From assembly GCA_045837725.1 (NCBI GenBank), contig JBEWZL010000209.1, positions 248,001-312,000 on the forward strand: DNA of 64,000 nucleotides, given 5' to 3'. How positions within the stretch are numbered: position 1 is the first letter of the stretch; each line of letters opens with the position of its first letter. Positions 25,000 to 38,843 of the stretch are shown here, one piece after another. The notes beneath the pieces are model-generated. The model was not told the origin of the DNA, did not search any database, and saw only the letters and a list, made by a program, of their open reading frames with translations. The position numbers were made by a program, and so were the translations under genes. This stretch comes from Vermamoeba vermiformis (lineage: Eukaryota).

Positions 25000-25856
25000 A
25001 TGGCAACACCAATCATGACTACGCCACTCACGGCAGCACCAATCAATGCTAATCCGGAAGTCCGCGCGGATGCAACCTCGGACACCGTTCCGCAAGCACA
25101 GCCAATTCCGATTGCTTATCCTCTTCCTCCGAATATGGACCCTAGGTTAGTAAACTCGAATGGACAGCCCATTCCTCAATACTACTTCGTGCATCCGAAC
25201 TTTTACAACACGACACAGCCGATCGGACAACCTATTTATGCGCAACAATTCGCACCTCACCCGCAGCCTGTAGCGATTGTGGAGCACAAAGTCGTCGAGT
25301 CTCAACCTGTTAAAGAGCCTGAACCACAAATAGTCGTAGTGTAAGTAATACTAAAGAAATTATAGCCTAGCAAAGTGCGCGATCCACTCGCCTGAAAATT
25401 TCAAACTGGCCTTTTGAAATCAATTTTGTCATATATAATAAATTACTAGCTACTAAATTATTAATTAAATAGAGAAGAAACAGTCCCACCGAAAAAAGAT
25501 CGAGGCGCAACAATTGTTTGGGTATTGTAAGTAATCAATTTGAATAATTTAAATTAATGCTTAATTACCGTAAGGATCTAAATTGCATTTTATGGTGCGG
25601 ACAAGATTAAATACGCAGCTAATCCACACTGAATTTCTAATTTCGATCAAAAAAATATTTACGCGATTTCAACTAAACGATTATTATTAGATTTGGCCTA
25701 GGATTTCTCATACCTTTAATATGGTGGGGTGGCGTGGGTTACTCCCGCTCAAACAATCGAACAGTGCGAGCTGGTGGAATCTTGTGCCTTATTTTTGCTT
25801 TGCTTTCAACGATAGCCATCGCTGTTTTAATTTATGTTGGCCTTCGTTGGTGGTAG
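25000..25856 (+). CDS. Small membrane protein with a Pro/Gln/Tyr-rich N-terminus and C-terminal hydrophobic helices
   Basis: Three exons: MATPIMTT...PQIVV|EETVPPKKDRGATIVWVL|FGLGFLIPLIWWGGVGYSRSNNRTVRAGGILCLIFALLSTIAIAVLIYVGLRWW*. Confidence 0.7.
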
Positions 25857-26112
25857 GCTAGTATAGTCTTATGAAAATTTCATCTTTCTTGTGTTGTGTA
25901 CATAGTTTCGTTTGTAAATAAGTAAAAACTTTTGATCTACAACTTGAGACCCAAGATTTGAATTGTATTTTCATCATAGTTTATTATAAAACAATATTAG
26001 TGCAATTCTATTTACATAAGATTACAAAAAAGAGATATGAACATAAAGTACAGGGAGGAATCCAGATAAGCGAGGTTGCCTCTAAGACCTTCAAAAGCAA
26101 TCTTCTTGCTTA

Positions 26113-26765
26113 TTAAGCCTAGAATGATATATATATTGTGAGTATAAGAACCAAACTAGAGCTAAGCGATGGATTACAGTTGGAATTTTCGAACTTTCTA
26201 TTCCTTCTCTCGGATGAGCCAAGACAATTCTAATGCTTACCTTAGGTTGGATAATGGTATCTGCAAGCGATTTTTTCTCTTCGGTGAGGTAATCGATTAC
26301 GGTGCTCTCAAATCTGTTCTTGCCCGACAAGTCTTTGGTGAACGAGAATCGAGTAGTCTTATCTGCAGAAGATTGTCTGCTCCATCGTCTAACAGGCGTT
26401 GTTTCCTTGGACTTAAAGGTAGATTTCTATGAATAAAGGATTAATTTAATTGCAACGGCGATATTCTTGATCAAAAGTTCAAAGTCAATTCTAATTGCTC
26501 AGAAATTATAAATTCGGTAATGGACCGATATATTATCTATATTAAGGGGTAAATTTCCACTTTTTAAAAGGTTTACACGAGGGAGAACGCAGATTTACAG
26601 TTGGTAGAATTTCAACTCGATCAACGCAGAAATCTTTTGATTGTCAAAATCATCGAGGCCAAGCATCCTTGCACAATATAATTTAATTACCTTCATATAA
26701 CCCCAAAGAGATCGTTGAGGCTTGCGTGGAGAAGCTGGAGCACGGGTAGTTTTATCGGCTTGCAT
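26113..26765 (-). CDS. Small basic hypothetical protein (about 3 exons)
   Basis: MQADKTTRAPASPRKPQRSLWGYMK|KSTFKSK...IIQPK| with canonical splice sites; ADKTTR occurs twice; no recognised domain. Confidence 0.4.
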
Positions 26766-27036
26766 CGTTAAAGTTATTCGTTGATAAACAAATGGTAGTT
26801 GCGGTGCTAAGTGTTGGAAAGATTGAAAAATAGCTGGGCAACAGCACCTTTTTTTATCCACCAGGACAGGCTAAAAATACAATTTTGAGAAAGAAATCAG
26901 ATAAGAATCAGTGCACCAATTTAGGAATTACTGTACTATTAGTAATATTAATTTATTGCTATTATGTACATTCGAGTTGAATTCTGATTTGTGGATTGAG
27001 GTTCAGATTTGGAGATTGCCAGTACGCGATCCGAGC

Positions 27037-29656
27037 TTATTTCTTGAGCTGAGCAGCGGTCTCGTACAAAGTGGCAAGAGCTTGCAAACCTTGAGCGTCG
27101 GGGGTACCATCAGCAGTTTGAGGTTGATCGTTGCTAACGGCGTCCCACCAGAACATATGGAAATCAGCAGGGAAGCGGTGGAACTCGCGAGGCTTCTGAG
27201 CAGTAACTGAGGGGTAGACTTCGTGGTGATTGAAGCGAGCGACTATACGATGAATACATTAGCATATTTTCGAAAAAAAGAACGAAGATCTATTTTGGAC
27301 TTACATCCGGATCCAGGCAAGTTCTTGGGTTGATCGGGGAATGAAGGGAATTGACGCAACCAGCCAACGAATGAGGCCCAGTCAAGGACGTTGCCTCCGG
27401 CAAAACTGCTAGTTTCCATCTCATCCATGCCTTCAATGCCTCCGTACGACAAAACTTTAGCCTTATTGTACGATTGGAACTTGGTGATGAACAACGCGCA
27501 AGCAGATCCGCAAGTACCGTCAGTGATGATAGTCAAGTCATCGACAAAGTAGTCAATGCTCTTAGTAGGGCTCAAATATGAATCGCATTCGGCAGGGAAG
27601 TAACTAAGAAAACGAGTTAGATCCGGATTTGAGCAGAATTCCTTTTTAGGAAATATTAAATACTTACACTTGCGAGCTGAATTGACCAGTAACACCACCA
27701 CGAGTGCGAACGACAGAGTCTTCGTACCAAGTGTTGTCAGAGTAGACGCGACCAGTGTGCATGTTGTAGTACTCTTGCGGGGCGTTGAATCCAACCTTAG
27801 TCAAGCCGTCGTTCATGGCAGTCTTGCGCATGTCATAGGGCTGCCACACGGTCTGGTTGGGGTTAGTGCCGGGAGCACCTCCGGCCCATTCCTTGACCAA
27901 AGTAGCTTGAGCGGCGATAGCCAAGCAAATAATACCACCTCTATATTATAGTATAATTATTAGTACAGAAATTACGGAGAAAAATCCATTGCTCGGATCG
28001 GCTTTTTCGATCTGAATGAAAATTCGACTTACCCGTTCTTAGCAACGTCGATGACAGCACGCTTGTGGTTCTTAGTCTTCAAAGACTTGGCGAAGCCAGT
28101 CAAAACGCTTTGCCATGAGTTTTGGTTGGATGGAGCGAAAGAAGTGATCTTCAAAACGGGAACGACAGATCCGTCTAGAATAAACAATGAGGAGCGATTC
28201 GAATATTATATCGTGTATATTACGTACCCTTCAAGGTGTATTCGAAGTGGTAGATGGAAGGTTCACCACCCCAAGTAGATTCAGCGGCGACCTGCTTGAT
28301 GTTCTTGGGATTGCCAATGTCAGCGTTGACTTCAGTAGTCTTAGTAACGGATCGCTTGTTGAAGGAGTGAGTGCGAGCAGGTCTGTACTTGCTCAAGTGA
28401 GCAGGCACGGGCTTGGGAGGAATAGCAGATCCGATAGTGTCTTCAAGACGAACAATAACTTCGCGGCGGATGTCGGGAGTGAAGAAGAATTTCTTAACAG
28501 ATGCAGCATTGCCAGCGGACATATCGGCACGAGCACTGTCGATTTGTTGAACGAAGTAGTCGGTGCTCTTAATTCCGTTTTGAGCAAATCCGAGGTTAGG
28601 AACTTGGACGATCTCGTTGGGCTTGTCGGCGAAGACGATTGAATCAGCATCGAGCTCTTGAGAGAAGGGGAATCTGAATGCTTCAACGAGCGGCCAGCCT
28701 TGTTGTTGCAACACGCTGTAATTAATAAAATTAATAAAATATTTTATCAAATTTATAAACGGGCTCATCACTTACGCGTTAACTCGAACAGCTTGGTCCT
28801 TGTAGTAACCAACGTATTTATCAGCGTAGTCCTTCAAGTATTCTAAGACGTCCTTGCCGTTCACAACGGAAATTTCTTTGCCATAGTAGGCGGATGCGTT
28901 GAATCCAACGTTCTTTTCGAAGATAGCTGAAGGGAAAACGCCTTGAGTAGTGAATACGCGCATCTTGCCATTGTCATTGACGGCATGAAGAGCGAAAGGA
29001 CGAATGGCCAAGCAACTTCTGTACAAGTACGGGGCACCATAGAAAGTGTGAGCATCGTTCAAAGGAGTGAACAAGCGGATCAAATCTATTAATTGAAGAA
29101 AGAGTGTTAGAACTTTCGCGCATTGATACAATTTATTAGTGTGAGCCGATTGGCGCAGTTTTGTGAGTTGTAATGAAATCCCAATTGAAAATTCGAAAGT
29201 TCGTTGTCGGTGGACAGTATTTGCAATAATTCTATGGACGTACCTGCTTCAAATTCGTAGTCTCCTTTGTATTGTCCATTGCTGATCTTAGAATTGATCT
29301 TGTCGAGGGTTCCGTCGAGATCAATTTTCATGTTGTAAGGAGCACCAGAGTCCTTGGCAATGTCGGTAAATGAATACAACTGAGTCAGTTGTTTCAATAC
29401 GCGGACAGTACCAGCAGCTCTGTCTTTTGAGAAAGGAATGTTGTCGAAGCAAGCGCGGAGTCTGGATGTAGCAAAAAAGTTAAATTAATTAATTCTTTTT
29501 AGTTTACTGGGAATGCACTTACTTGGCGACAGGGCCAACCCAGTTATTGCCTTGGTTGCGTTCCAAGGTGCACGGATCGGCTGCTGCGACTTGAGAAATG
29601 ACCAACGCGCCAAACAAGGCGAGCACGGCGAGGGTTATCCTGAACGGAATCTTCAT
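27037..29656 (-). CDS. Secreted S41-family (tail-specific protease/CPAF-like) peptidase
   Basis: Signal peptide MKIPFRITLAVLALFGALV; YSFTDIAK; LNDAHTFY; VIDVAKN-GGG; IITDGTCGSACALF (catalytic Ser region); SFAGGNV. This motif series is typical of eukaryotic S41 peptidases. Confidence 0.8.
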
Positions 29657-30857
29657 TTGTGTGAAAGCTAATGTGGTGATATTCGAGTATGTAGTAGTAG
29701 GTCTCGGCTATATACGACTTTTCTAATAGATGGTATCCGTATCAAACGTAGAATGTAGTTTGTTGGAACGGTACAACGGGATCTTCTATTGAAAAAAATA
29801 AAAATAAACGAGAACAAGTGGTATGGTCTCGTTGATAGCTTATATTACTAAATAACATAAAAATGAGTTAGTGTTTTATAGTTTTGGGCCTGAAAGTTCT
29901 AACGCAAATTGCCTGCGCTTTTTCGAATTCACACCTTCGGCGCGTGCTCCGATGGAAAAGTTGAAGGAGAAAGCTTGGATACTGTCGCACGGGCATTCTG
30001 TCAATATTCGCAATATTACGGTGTGTAGGTACACTAATGGTCATAATTTGGGTACGCCAATAACAAACGAATCAAAGTTAGTAATCCTAAATCCAAAAAA
30101 TCGTTAGATCTTGGATGTAATTTTATTTAGTTAGGCCTAACTGTTAAAATACTTACTAAATCAGTTATAAGCATATATATATACCATATTTTTTTCATAA
30201 TTATGCTTCGTTCAAACATTTAGTCAATTTTGCTCAATAACCTCAACAAAATAATTTTGTTCGCTGCTCGTTGTATTAATTTTTCAATATCGTAGACCGC
30301 ATTGTTCTTGCTAAACAGTAATTACTTAACGGAGTTGTGTGCTGCCGATGCGTTTCAAATTTATTTTTTGTTTTACGCACCTCAGTATATTAATACCGGT
30401 CATAGCACCACGATAACATACTGCATAGTGACATTATTTCCTCACTGTTATTGATATGCACGAGGCAGCAGAAACAGTCCTAATCTGTATTTATAACTGG
30501 AGGCAAATGAAAACCAACTAAAAATTAGCCGCAGGTACTGCTGTAATAATTAATTCAAATATTGTACTGAATTATCCGCGTAATAGTCGCCGATTTAACG
30601 GCACACCATATTTTTCAATTATTTTCCTATTTTCTCAAAAAATCTTTCATAATGAAAGCAGCCACAAAGTCTATACTTTACTCTATCACTCCGTGGTAGA
30701 CAATATTCGAAGTTATTTTTGTATGAATCTCGATGAGTTCTCCATCGGTTTCATTCTCGACTAAATTTGTCAAAGTACATCCCGATCACAAATTTTTACG
30801 AGGCTCAATACGGCAGTCAATCGAATATACTTTATTGTAGCACAGACAACATATTAT

Positions 30858-33800
30858 ATGGAGGGAGAAGTCGCGGTGTTACGCGAACAATTACAGCAGC
30901 TGCAGCTCGCTTCTATCAAATCCAATTTTGAGCTGCATTTACGAAAGCAGATCGAAGAACTCACTAAAACTATTCGTAAATATGGCAACGAGAATATAGA
31001 TACAGTGCTAAATAGATGCACGACGATTATTCACCAAACATTCAACCCCGTACCAAATTACTGCGGAATTGAATTATTAGATGATCTCAATCAGCAGCTG
31101 GTATTACGAAGCGCTAGCAATATTATAGACGCACATAATCGCAAGGTCACTATGCCGCTGACCACAACACGTAAGTTTTTCTGGAAAGATTTAAATATGG
31201 ATCCAAAATTTTTCGTCTTAAATCCCGTACAAGATCTACCGAAGAGTTTATTACGTAAATTAATAATATAGAAAAATCATATTATATTTATTGACTAATA
31301 CTACTTTCGTAGCTGACGATGGAAAGAAGTCTTTGCAACAATTCACGCTGCAGAACAAGGATGCGCCAACAATATTTAGCGACATTAACAACGACCCTAG
31401 ATTCGACCACGCACACGATCACCACGCGATATTTCCAAACACAACATCTGGTATTTCTATCGCGCTGATTTCTGACAATTTCAGTGAACAAGATCCATCG
31501 AAAATCAAACCCCGAACAGAAGAAGACGGCAATGCAGAGAAATTAAGGAAAGGTGGAGAAGAATATAAGACGGCAATAATAGGCCGATTCTTCGTATATT
31601 TCATAGATCGACATGAATTTTCCGACGAAGAATTGTGGTTCATTAACTCTGCTTCGAATCTGCTCGCGGATGCAATAACTCGGCATAAACTGCGAAACCA
31701 ACTATCGGAGAGCTCCGAGCGATTCAGGTAAGTCTTTTTTAACCTGTATAAAGCTAAAGCTTGAGCTATTTTTAGACTTTAGCTAATTTACTGCGACAGA
31801 ATTCTAGCGGATTGTTCGCCAGTAATGCTATGGATGACGTAAGTGACCCTATTATACCCTTTCTAATCTATTCATATCTTGCTGAATATTTCTGTTCTTT
31901 CGCGTACCAGCATTAATTTCATTATTTTAGGGACCATTCATCATTGTGCACTTGGTTCAACAAGCCATGGTTGACGTTTAGAGGTCGTTCGTTAGGTAAG
32001 CGTAGTGATCTCTTTTTTTAGAAATCAACCTCGATCGGGTTCAACGATCTGATTTACTTTTTTTGTAGAGGAAGAATACGGCAACGGATGGGCTGAAGGC
32101 ATACACCCTGATGATTACCACCACAATATGAGAATATTTTTGTTGAATTTCAAGAAACGCAAGCCGTTTGAAATGGAATACAGAATGTTGGGTAACGACG
32201 GAGAGTACCACTGGATCCGCCACTCCGTACGTACCATTATCCATAACAATGAATAGTATATACTTATATATATTTAGGGAGCCCCTCGAATGTCCGCTAA
32301 CGGCGAGTTTGATGGATTTATCGGATCTTGCGTCGACATCACCGAAATCAGACAGAGCCGTAGAGCAACATTTGACGCAAAGCAGCTTGAACAGAGCATT
32401 CATGCCAAGAATAAGTTAATTGAGCAATTTGTTACTGACACTCGCGTAAGTCAAGCTCATATACTTTTTGATCCGCAACAAATTTTCCTTTTTAGGAAAT
32501 CCCATTACATTCAAACATTACCTCATTTACCAAAGCGAATACTTTATGATACTAATTATACAATTATGGATTAAGATTTTCTCTGATTGTTTTTTGTTCG
32601 TAGAATCCACTCGAAAGTATTCTGGCGATGAATTCTTTACTGCTTGACATGAACTTAACGCCTGAACAACGAAGTTATGCCGAAGGAGTGCAAATGGGAA
32701 CGGAATTATTGGTGGAATTATTCAGTGATCTATTTGGTAAGAAAAAATTCGGATCAGATCCGGACCAAAAACCTAACTTTTAATGAATAGATCTGACGAG
32801 GAGCGAACAGACTAAAACAGAGCTAGAATACAACGAGTTTAGTGTATACGAGGCTATTGAGCCAGTTGTTGGATTCATCTCTCATTCAACGCGATTGAAA
32901 AAGTTGGATGTGGAATTGGTCTCGTCGATTGAGCCCAAAATTCCGATGCTGAACGGAGATTTGCTTCGATTTAAGCAGATCATTATGAATCTTATTAATA
33001 ATCACTTACTTCGATGCGGCGATGGCACTGTCATTTACATCAAGTAACGAAACGAAAATTTCCTTTTTTGGACATCGATTCTAATCCAATATATTTTCTT
33101 AGAACCCAAATTGGATCGGAATCGGACGACAAATTGCAGCTGAAAATAGATTTCAAGCACGTTAACGGACTTTTACGTGACAATACTCGTCAGCAGAGCA
33201 GATCCATTATGACATTCGGCGAAGAAGCGTTAGGTATGACAATATTAATCTACATTACTATATTAAGCATTGTTACTATTTATAGGCGTTTACATCGCTA
33301 GACAGCTCATTCAAGCAATGAACGGTGAAATTTCGTTTGGCAGTGAGACCGCGACATTCTGCAAAGTGAAGTTGTGGTTCGACAAATCAGATAATAGGAC
33401 CAACAAGTATATGCAAGTGGGTGAGACCCCGGCTGATGCAGACGACACGACGAGTCAATCTGATGAGGGCGAGCCCTTGTTCGGTACGTAGCGCAAAGTT
33501 ACATTTTTCACTTGTTTTCAACATCATGACACGTGTCATTTTGAATCTTGCGTCATTTGCGATAAAATCGACTTCTACGCAACGTGTCAACAAGTGTGAC
33601 ACGCATCACTCGATATTTTTAAGTGTCAAGTTTTTCTTTTCAACGAAGAGGGACCATTTAACTACTTGTGTCATTTGATATTTTTCACGCGTTAAATTCT
33701 TTCGCTGAAATCTGCAGTGCTTCGGCATAATGTGACAATTTTGAATACCTTCTTGCAAGGGAGCTGCAAATTAACGTAGTTTTTATCATCAGATAATGAC

Positions 33801-34343
33801 CTCAGATCGACACAAAGTCCTAGTCAAAGCTGTTCTATTCCCCGCTTCACTCGCGACATTAGAATTTTGATCGTGGATCCGCATCTGGTCGCCATTGACA
33901 CCATCACAGCGTACCTGAACACAGAACCGAAGTATAATATAGATTCGTCTATTAGCATCAATGAGGCTGTCAGAATGATCACGCATAGTCTCGAGACTAA
34001 AACTCCGTACGATCTGATCTTGCTGGATTTCAAGTTCGAAACTTTGGGCCGATTTATGATGCAATCGCATCCTAAAATGTTCAAGACTACGAAGTGGGTA
34101 CCTATTATATTCCCGCAAGATACTTCTAAGCTCGCTGCACTTGAATGGAAGTACAGCAATGTCATTTACAAGCCGATCCGGATGAACAATTTGCTTGAAG
34201 CAGTTTCTGATACTATTATGGATAATGAGAGTATGACTCCCTTATATATGAATTATTCTAATATTTCCAAGAATAACGATTATCGTGTAACTAATAAAGT
34301 ATTTTAATTTCCAGTACAAACTCTGAAAACGACGATGGCTTAG
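30858..34343 (+). CDS. Hybrid histidine-kinase-like protein (GAF-like, PAS/PAC, degenerate HisKA/HATPase, receiver)
   Basis: PAS: SPVMLWMT..WFNKPWLTFRGRSL|EEEYGNGWAEGIHPDD..FEMEYRML..DGEYHWI..FIGSCVDITE. HisKA-like AKNKLIEQFVTDTR|NPLESILAMNSLLLDMNLTPEQRSY. GDLLRFKQIIMNLINN. G|VYIARQLIQAMNGEI. Receiver RILIVD...YDLILLD...KPI. The 3' end is approximate. Confidence 0.85.
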
Positions 34344-34799
34344 TGGTGCGCGGTGCTAAAACTCAATAAGTAAGTGTATTATGCTATCTTTACTATATTT
34401 TATGCCTCGTTACTCATTTTTGCTTGCTCAGAATTCAGCAGAACAGGGATGCGTTCCACATCCAGCGCACTCGTTATGCTTTGGTCGTTTAAGGGACTAC
34501 GGACTCCAACAAACTATAATACATATTTCCTTATTTGTACAAAGGATCGCGCGCGATTCAATGCAGTCAGGATCCCTGGTAAGTTGCTTCCAAACGCCTT
34601 TTTAACGTTAAAACAATGAATTGGAGTGCTCATTAATAATAATATCGGAAATATCGTCAGAATAATAGTATTACACAACATTCTCTTAATGTCAATGATC
34701 CCGCTATCGAAATTTCGTACGTTGACAGCAGTAACAACTTTTCGGACCGAGAACAGTGTTCCGTTTTAGTTAACCGTTACATTATGAAGAGTACCACCA

Positions 34800-37646
34800 A
34801 TGCGTAATATATTTTTCATACTTATCGTCGGTGCTATCTTTTCAGCGTTTGCTCAGCCGATCCCGCGCTCGAGCTGGAGAAAAATCAACCAAGGAGAATT
34901 GGCTATTATTAATGGCTCTTATCCTCGCGTAGCTTCATTTAGTAACGGAGACTACGTAGTAGTTTATACTGTAGCTCCTCCTGCCGGTGGCGGCAAGATC
35001 ACGCAGATCATGGCTAAGATCTTCTTCAAAGACGGTTCAGTGAAAAGAGATGAATTTCAATTGTCAACAACACTAGGTCCTAATCATTCGCCTAATGTCC
35101 TGGTTCTGAAGGGAGACATGTAAGTAGTCACATCCACGTCAATTCACAAAATTGACAAGTAGCTAGAAATAGTTATAGGATAGCAAAATATTAATATCTT
35201 ATCAATTACAGTGCAGTTGCAGTATGGCGATATGATGACGTTGCTACTCCATCTGAACACTTTTACGGTCAACGATTTTTGGCGGATGGGACTTTCCAAA
35301 ACAATGTTTTTTCGCTTTATGACGTAGATACTGCTCTGTCGAGAGAAACGGTGAGTAAACACTCTTACTGTTTAATATTTCTTACAACTGATAGGCCGGT
35401 ATGCTGAGCTTGTTCTCTTGAGTTTGAAATGTTTTGTTTTTTGGGGGGTTAAATTAAAGTATTCGACGAAAGAACAAACAATAGCTTCTATATGTACAAA
35501 GGACTCAATAGTAACTTTCAAATCATCTCTTATTCCGGCTACAAACCATTGACATCCGAAAAACGCGGAACTTTGACGAGAAGTACAAGAGCTACTTATG
35601 GCATTCCTCTATTGCTCGACAGTACGAGGTATGTAATTTTGGTGCAAGCTGAATTGAGTACCAATTCCATAGTTTTGAGTAAGTCCGAAACAAAAAAAAT
35701 TTGGATCGCAGCAAATCCGACTAAAATTTCATTTTCTGTTTGCAGCTCGATTGCAGCAAAGTATAGCCGGCAGTGTTACAGACTCGATCTTCACTAAGTC
35801 AGTTCGACCGACTGTCATGCCCTCTGCTGTCCACATCGGATCCAATTATTTAGTGCTCGCCCACAGCTCAACATTAAACACTACTATTTGTAAGTAATTA
35901 TCGATCATTGCATTTATTAACATCATATTAGATCAATACATGCGTATCGATGATGTACAAGGTCTGATATCGATTGGTCCGCAATTATCGCTCGGTACGT
36001 AAAAAACACAAATGTGACACCTGTCAAAATATTTCCCACGAAGAAATCATACGCGTCAAACTAAATGTTTGCACGAATTGAGTGTCATTTTATACCACAA
36101 AAGTTCAGCTGATTAAGTGTCATTTTACAACAAACTCAGTTGATTAAAACAACAAATTGACACGTGTCATTTGGATCAAGTGTCAAAGTGACACTCGAGC
36201 ACAGCTAACAACCATTTAATTCTCAAGGTGATGTGCCCACTGAAGGCGTACAGATGGCACGACTCGGCAACTCCAGCGACATAGTCATGGTTGCATTCAA
36301 TGCCGACAAGACACAAGTCCTCATGCGTCAGTTGTCACTGTGTGGCAACGGAATAATTGACACGAACGAGCAATGCGATGGATCTGATGACTGCACCAAT
36401 CAATGCACGTGCGTGTATGGAATGGAATTTCGCAACGGCAGATGTGTCGATGGTACGGAATAACTTTTTTCCTGCGCGCAACAGTACCATTAATCTTTGC
36501 GTTAGTGTGCGGCAACGGAATAATTACCATCAACGAAGACTGTGACGGTGGAGCTGGCTGCAATATGACCACGTGCAAATGTGAGCCTGGCTATCAGCCG
36601 TACATTGTCAGTCAAGAATGCAGACGTATTCCTTCAGCTTTTGTTCCGAGTGTCGGGCCGTCATTGGATTGCCTCAATATTATAGACAATAGCTCTATGA
36701 TACTGTACTTTAGCTTTGTCAATAACGATGGATTTGACCTTACTATTCCGTTCGGAGATTTGAACAAGTTCATTCCAACCGACCTCGCGGTAAGTTTCTT
36801 TTTCAAAAGCATAACTTTTTGCTACTCGAATACACTATGTATATACCTTTATTAACTGTTGTATATATTCAGGGTGACAGACCGACGTCCTTTGTAGCAG
36901 GCAATAGTTTGACGTATCCAGTCTCACCATACAACTTGACCGTACCTCGCTCAACAGCCTCCATCGCATGGCTTTTAGGCTCGTACAATTTAACCGTAGA
37001 TTTTTCAGGAAACAAAGCTGAAGCCTTACAATGTCCTAAAGGCAAGTACAGCAACGAATATATCGCTATATTAATATTATTATAGATGCTGGGTTCGTCA
37101 TTACTATAGCTACATTTGACACGCTGAATAAGACTGACGTCCAAACGATTTTAAACAATCTCGCGGCCAGATACAACTTCAGTGCGAGTAGATTAGACGC
37201 TACTTATAGACTCTCTATCGCTGGTAACGATACACAACCGAACACTATTCGATCTCGGTGACAATCTTCGCTCCTACAAGTAAGTAAATTTCCAATAAAA
37301 GCAATGATTCTAATACGAATTCATTCTCTATATTTATTAATGAAATTGGTTGCTTTATAGATTCGTCAGAAAGAAGCGTTCAAGACATCTTGAGCGAGTT
37401 GTTTTCGGATCTAAAGGACGCGAAGCAAGATCTCGATTCAGATCTGACGCAAGGACTCGACGGAAAGAGTCCCTTATTAAATACGTATCACCGAGTCCTA
37501 CTGGCGTTGAAGTGCGTGGTCAAGAACGAGATATTCCGCCAATGGCTGTTGAACCGATTAATCAGCCAGTACAAGTATCCAAGGCGCCAATAATGCCACT
37601 ATTTAACAGCGTAGTCTTGTTGGTAATAACTTTCATCTCATTTTAA
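34800..37646 (+). CDS. Secreted, probably GPI-anchored surface protein with CGNG..ExCD cysteine-rich (DUF4215/Myxococcus-repeat-like) and EGF-like modules
   Basis: Signal peptide MRNIFFILIVGAIFSAFA; two repeats CGNGIIDTNEQCDG and CGNGIITINEDCDG; CKCEPGY; hydrophobic C-terminus PLFNSVVLLVITFISF*. Confidence 0.75.
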
Positions 37647-37921
37647 AATTTATATTAGCTCAAATAATGGTCTTACCAACGTAATAGCCGTCCGCCAATG
37701 ACTTCTGTAGTAGTGCTACGCAACGGCAATCGATTTAAGGACCATTTGTGGTGTTAATGTCGCGTTGCGATGAAAAGAAAAGATAACAATTGCGCAACAA
37801 ATGCGCGAGTAATTATCGGTACAAAAACATGTAATTTTAAATTTTTAAAGCACAAATCCAGTTCGAATTTGTTTTTATTTTATCCTTTAGAAACATATTA
37901 CCAAATATCACCGTCAATAAT

Positions 37922-38843
37922 TTACCAAAGCAAAGTAGCAGCAGCGGCAAGAGCAACAACAGAACCGACAGCAACAGAAACAGCGTCGGACCTTCGGACA
38001 GGAGTAGCGGCCTTAGGAGCGGCAACTGGAGCGGCCATGGGAGCAGCCATGGGAATGGCCATGGGAGCAGTCATAGGAGCGGCCATTGGGGCTAAAAATA
38101 GAAATTAGTTTTTTTTTGAAATATGGCAAGCTGGCAACGGATTCGTACCTTGAGGAGTAGGGACGCAAGTAGTTTGAATGCCGTTGTAAAAGCTACCCAC
38201 GATAGCGGTGGTGGTAGCGTTGGTGCAGACGTTGGGGAGAATTGAGGAGAAGATGTTGCAACCAAACCCGGGAACGCAACTTTCGAACGACATATCGCCA
38301 TTGATGCAGGAGATGGTGACGTTCAAGGGGATGAATAGACCTGAGCCGTAGCCCACAACAGGGGTAAGACCGGAAAGAGCTATGAATAATTGGTTAGGAG
38401 ATTCGATCCGATCGACTTATTGTCCCAAACAATTAACTTACTGCCAGCAACGTCATATCCATTATTTGCGAAATCGCAACCTTGAGCACTGGTTCCCTTA
38501 AATGATTGGAAGCCTGAGGGGATGGCAGTAGTGGGATCACCAACACTGGCGGTGCACTCCAACACCTTGTACCAAGGACCATCAGTGGAGAGAGGAGAAC
38601 AAACATTGGTACCAGCGACTTCTTCGGTAGAACGCTTGGTAACACCGCAAACCTGATTACTCTGCAATACGTAACGGATTAGATTTGGTACCAGCGAATC
38701 TACTTCGCAGATTTACTTACAGCGTAATAACCAATAGCAGCACCGCAAGAGTTATCAGCGTAGGTAATAGTGGCAACGGCAGCTTCGGAGACTGCGACGA
38801 AGGCAACAGCGATCAACGCAACGGCAAACAATTTAGCGAACAT
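37922..38843 (-). CDS. Array gene A: secreted 10-Cys protein with xPMx stalk and GPI-type C-terminus (4 exons)
   Basis: MFAKLFAVALIAVAFVAVSEA signal; KRSTEEV; 10 Cys; stalk APMAAPMTAPMAIPMAAPMAAPVAAPKA; RRSDAVSVAVGSVVALAAAATLLW*. Confidence 0.85.

Noticed and set aside
29700-30850. Long AT-rich gap between the S41 peptidase and the kinase-like gene, with a 78-aa ORF
   Set aside because: No coding, RNA-gene or repeat signal could be supported; treated as divergent promoter and UTR sequence.
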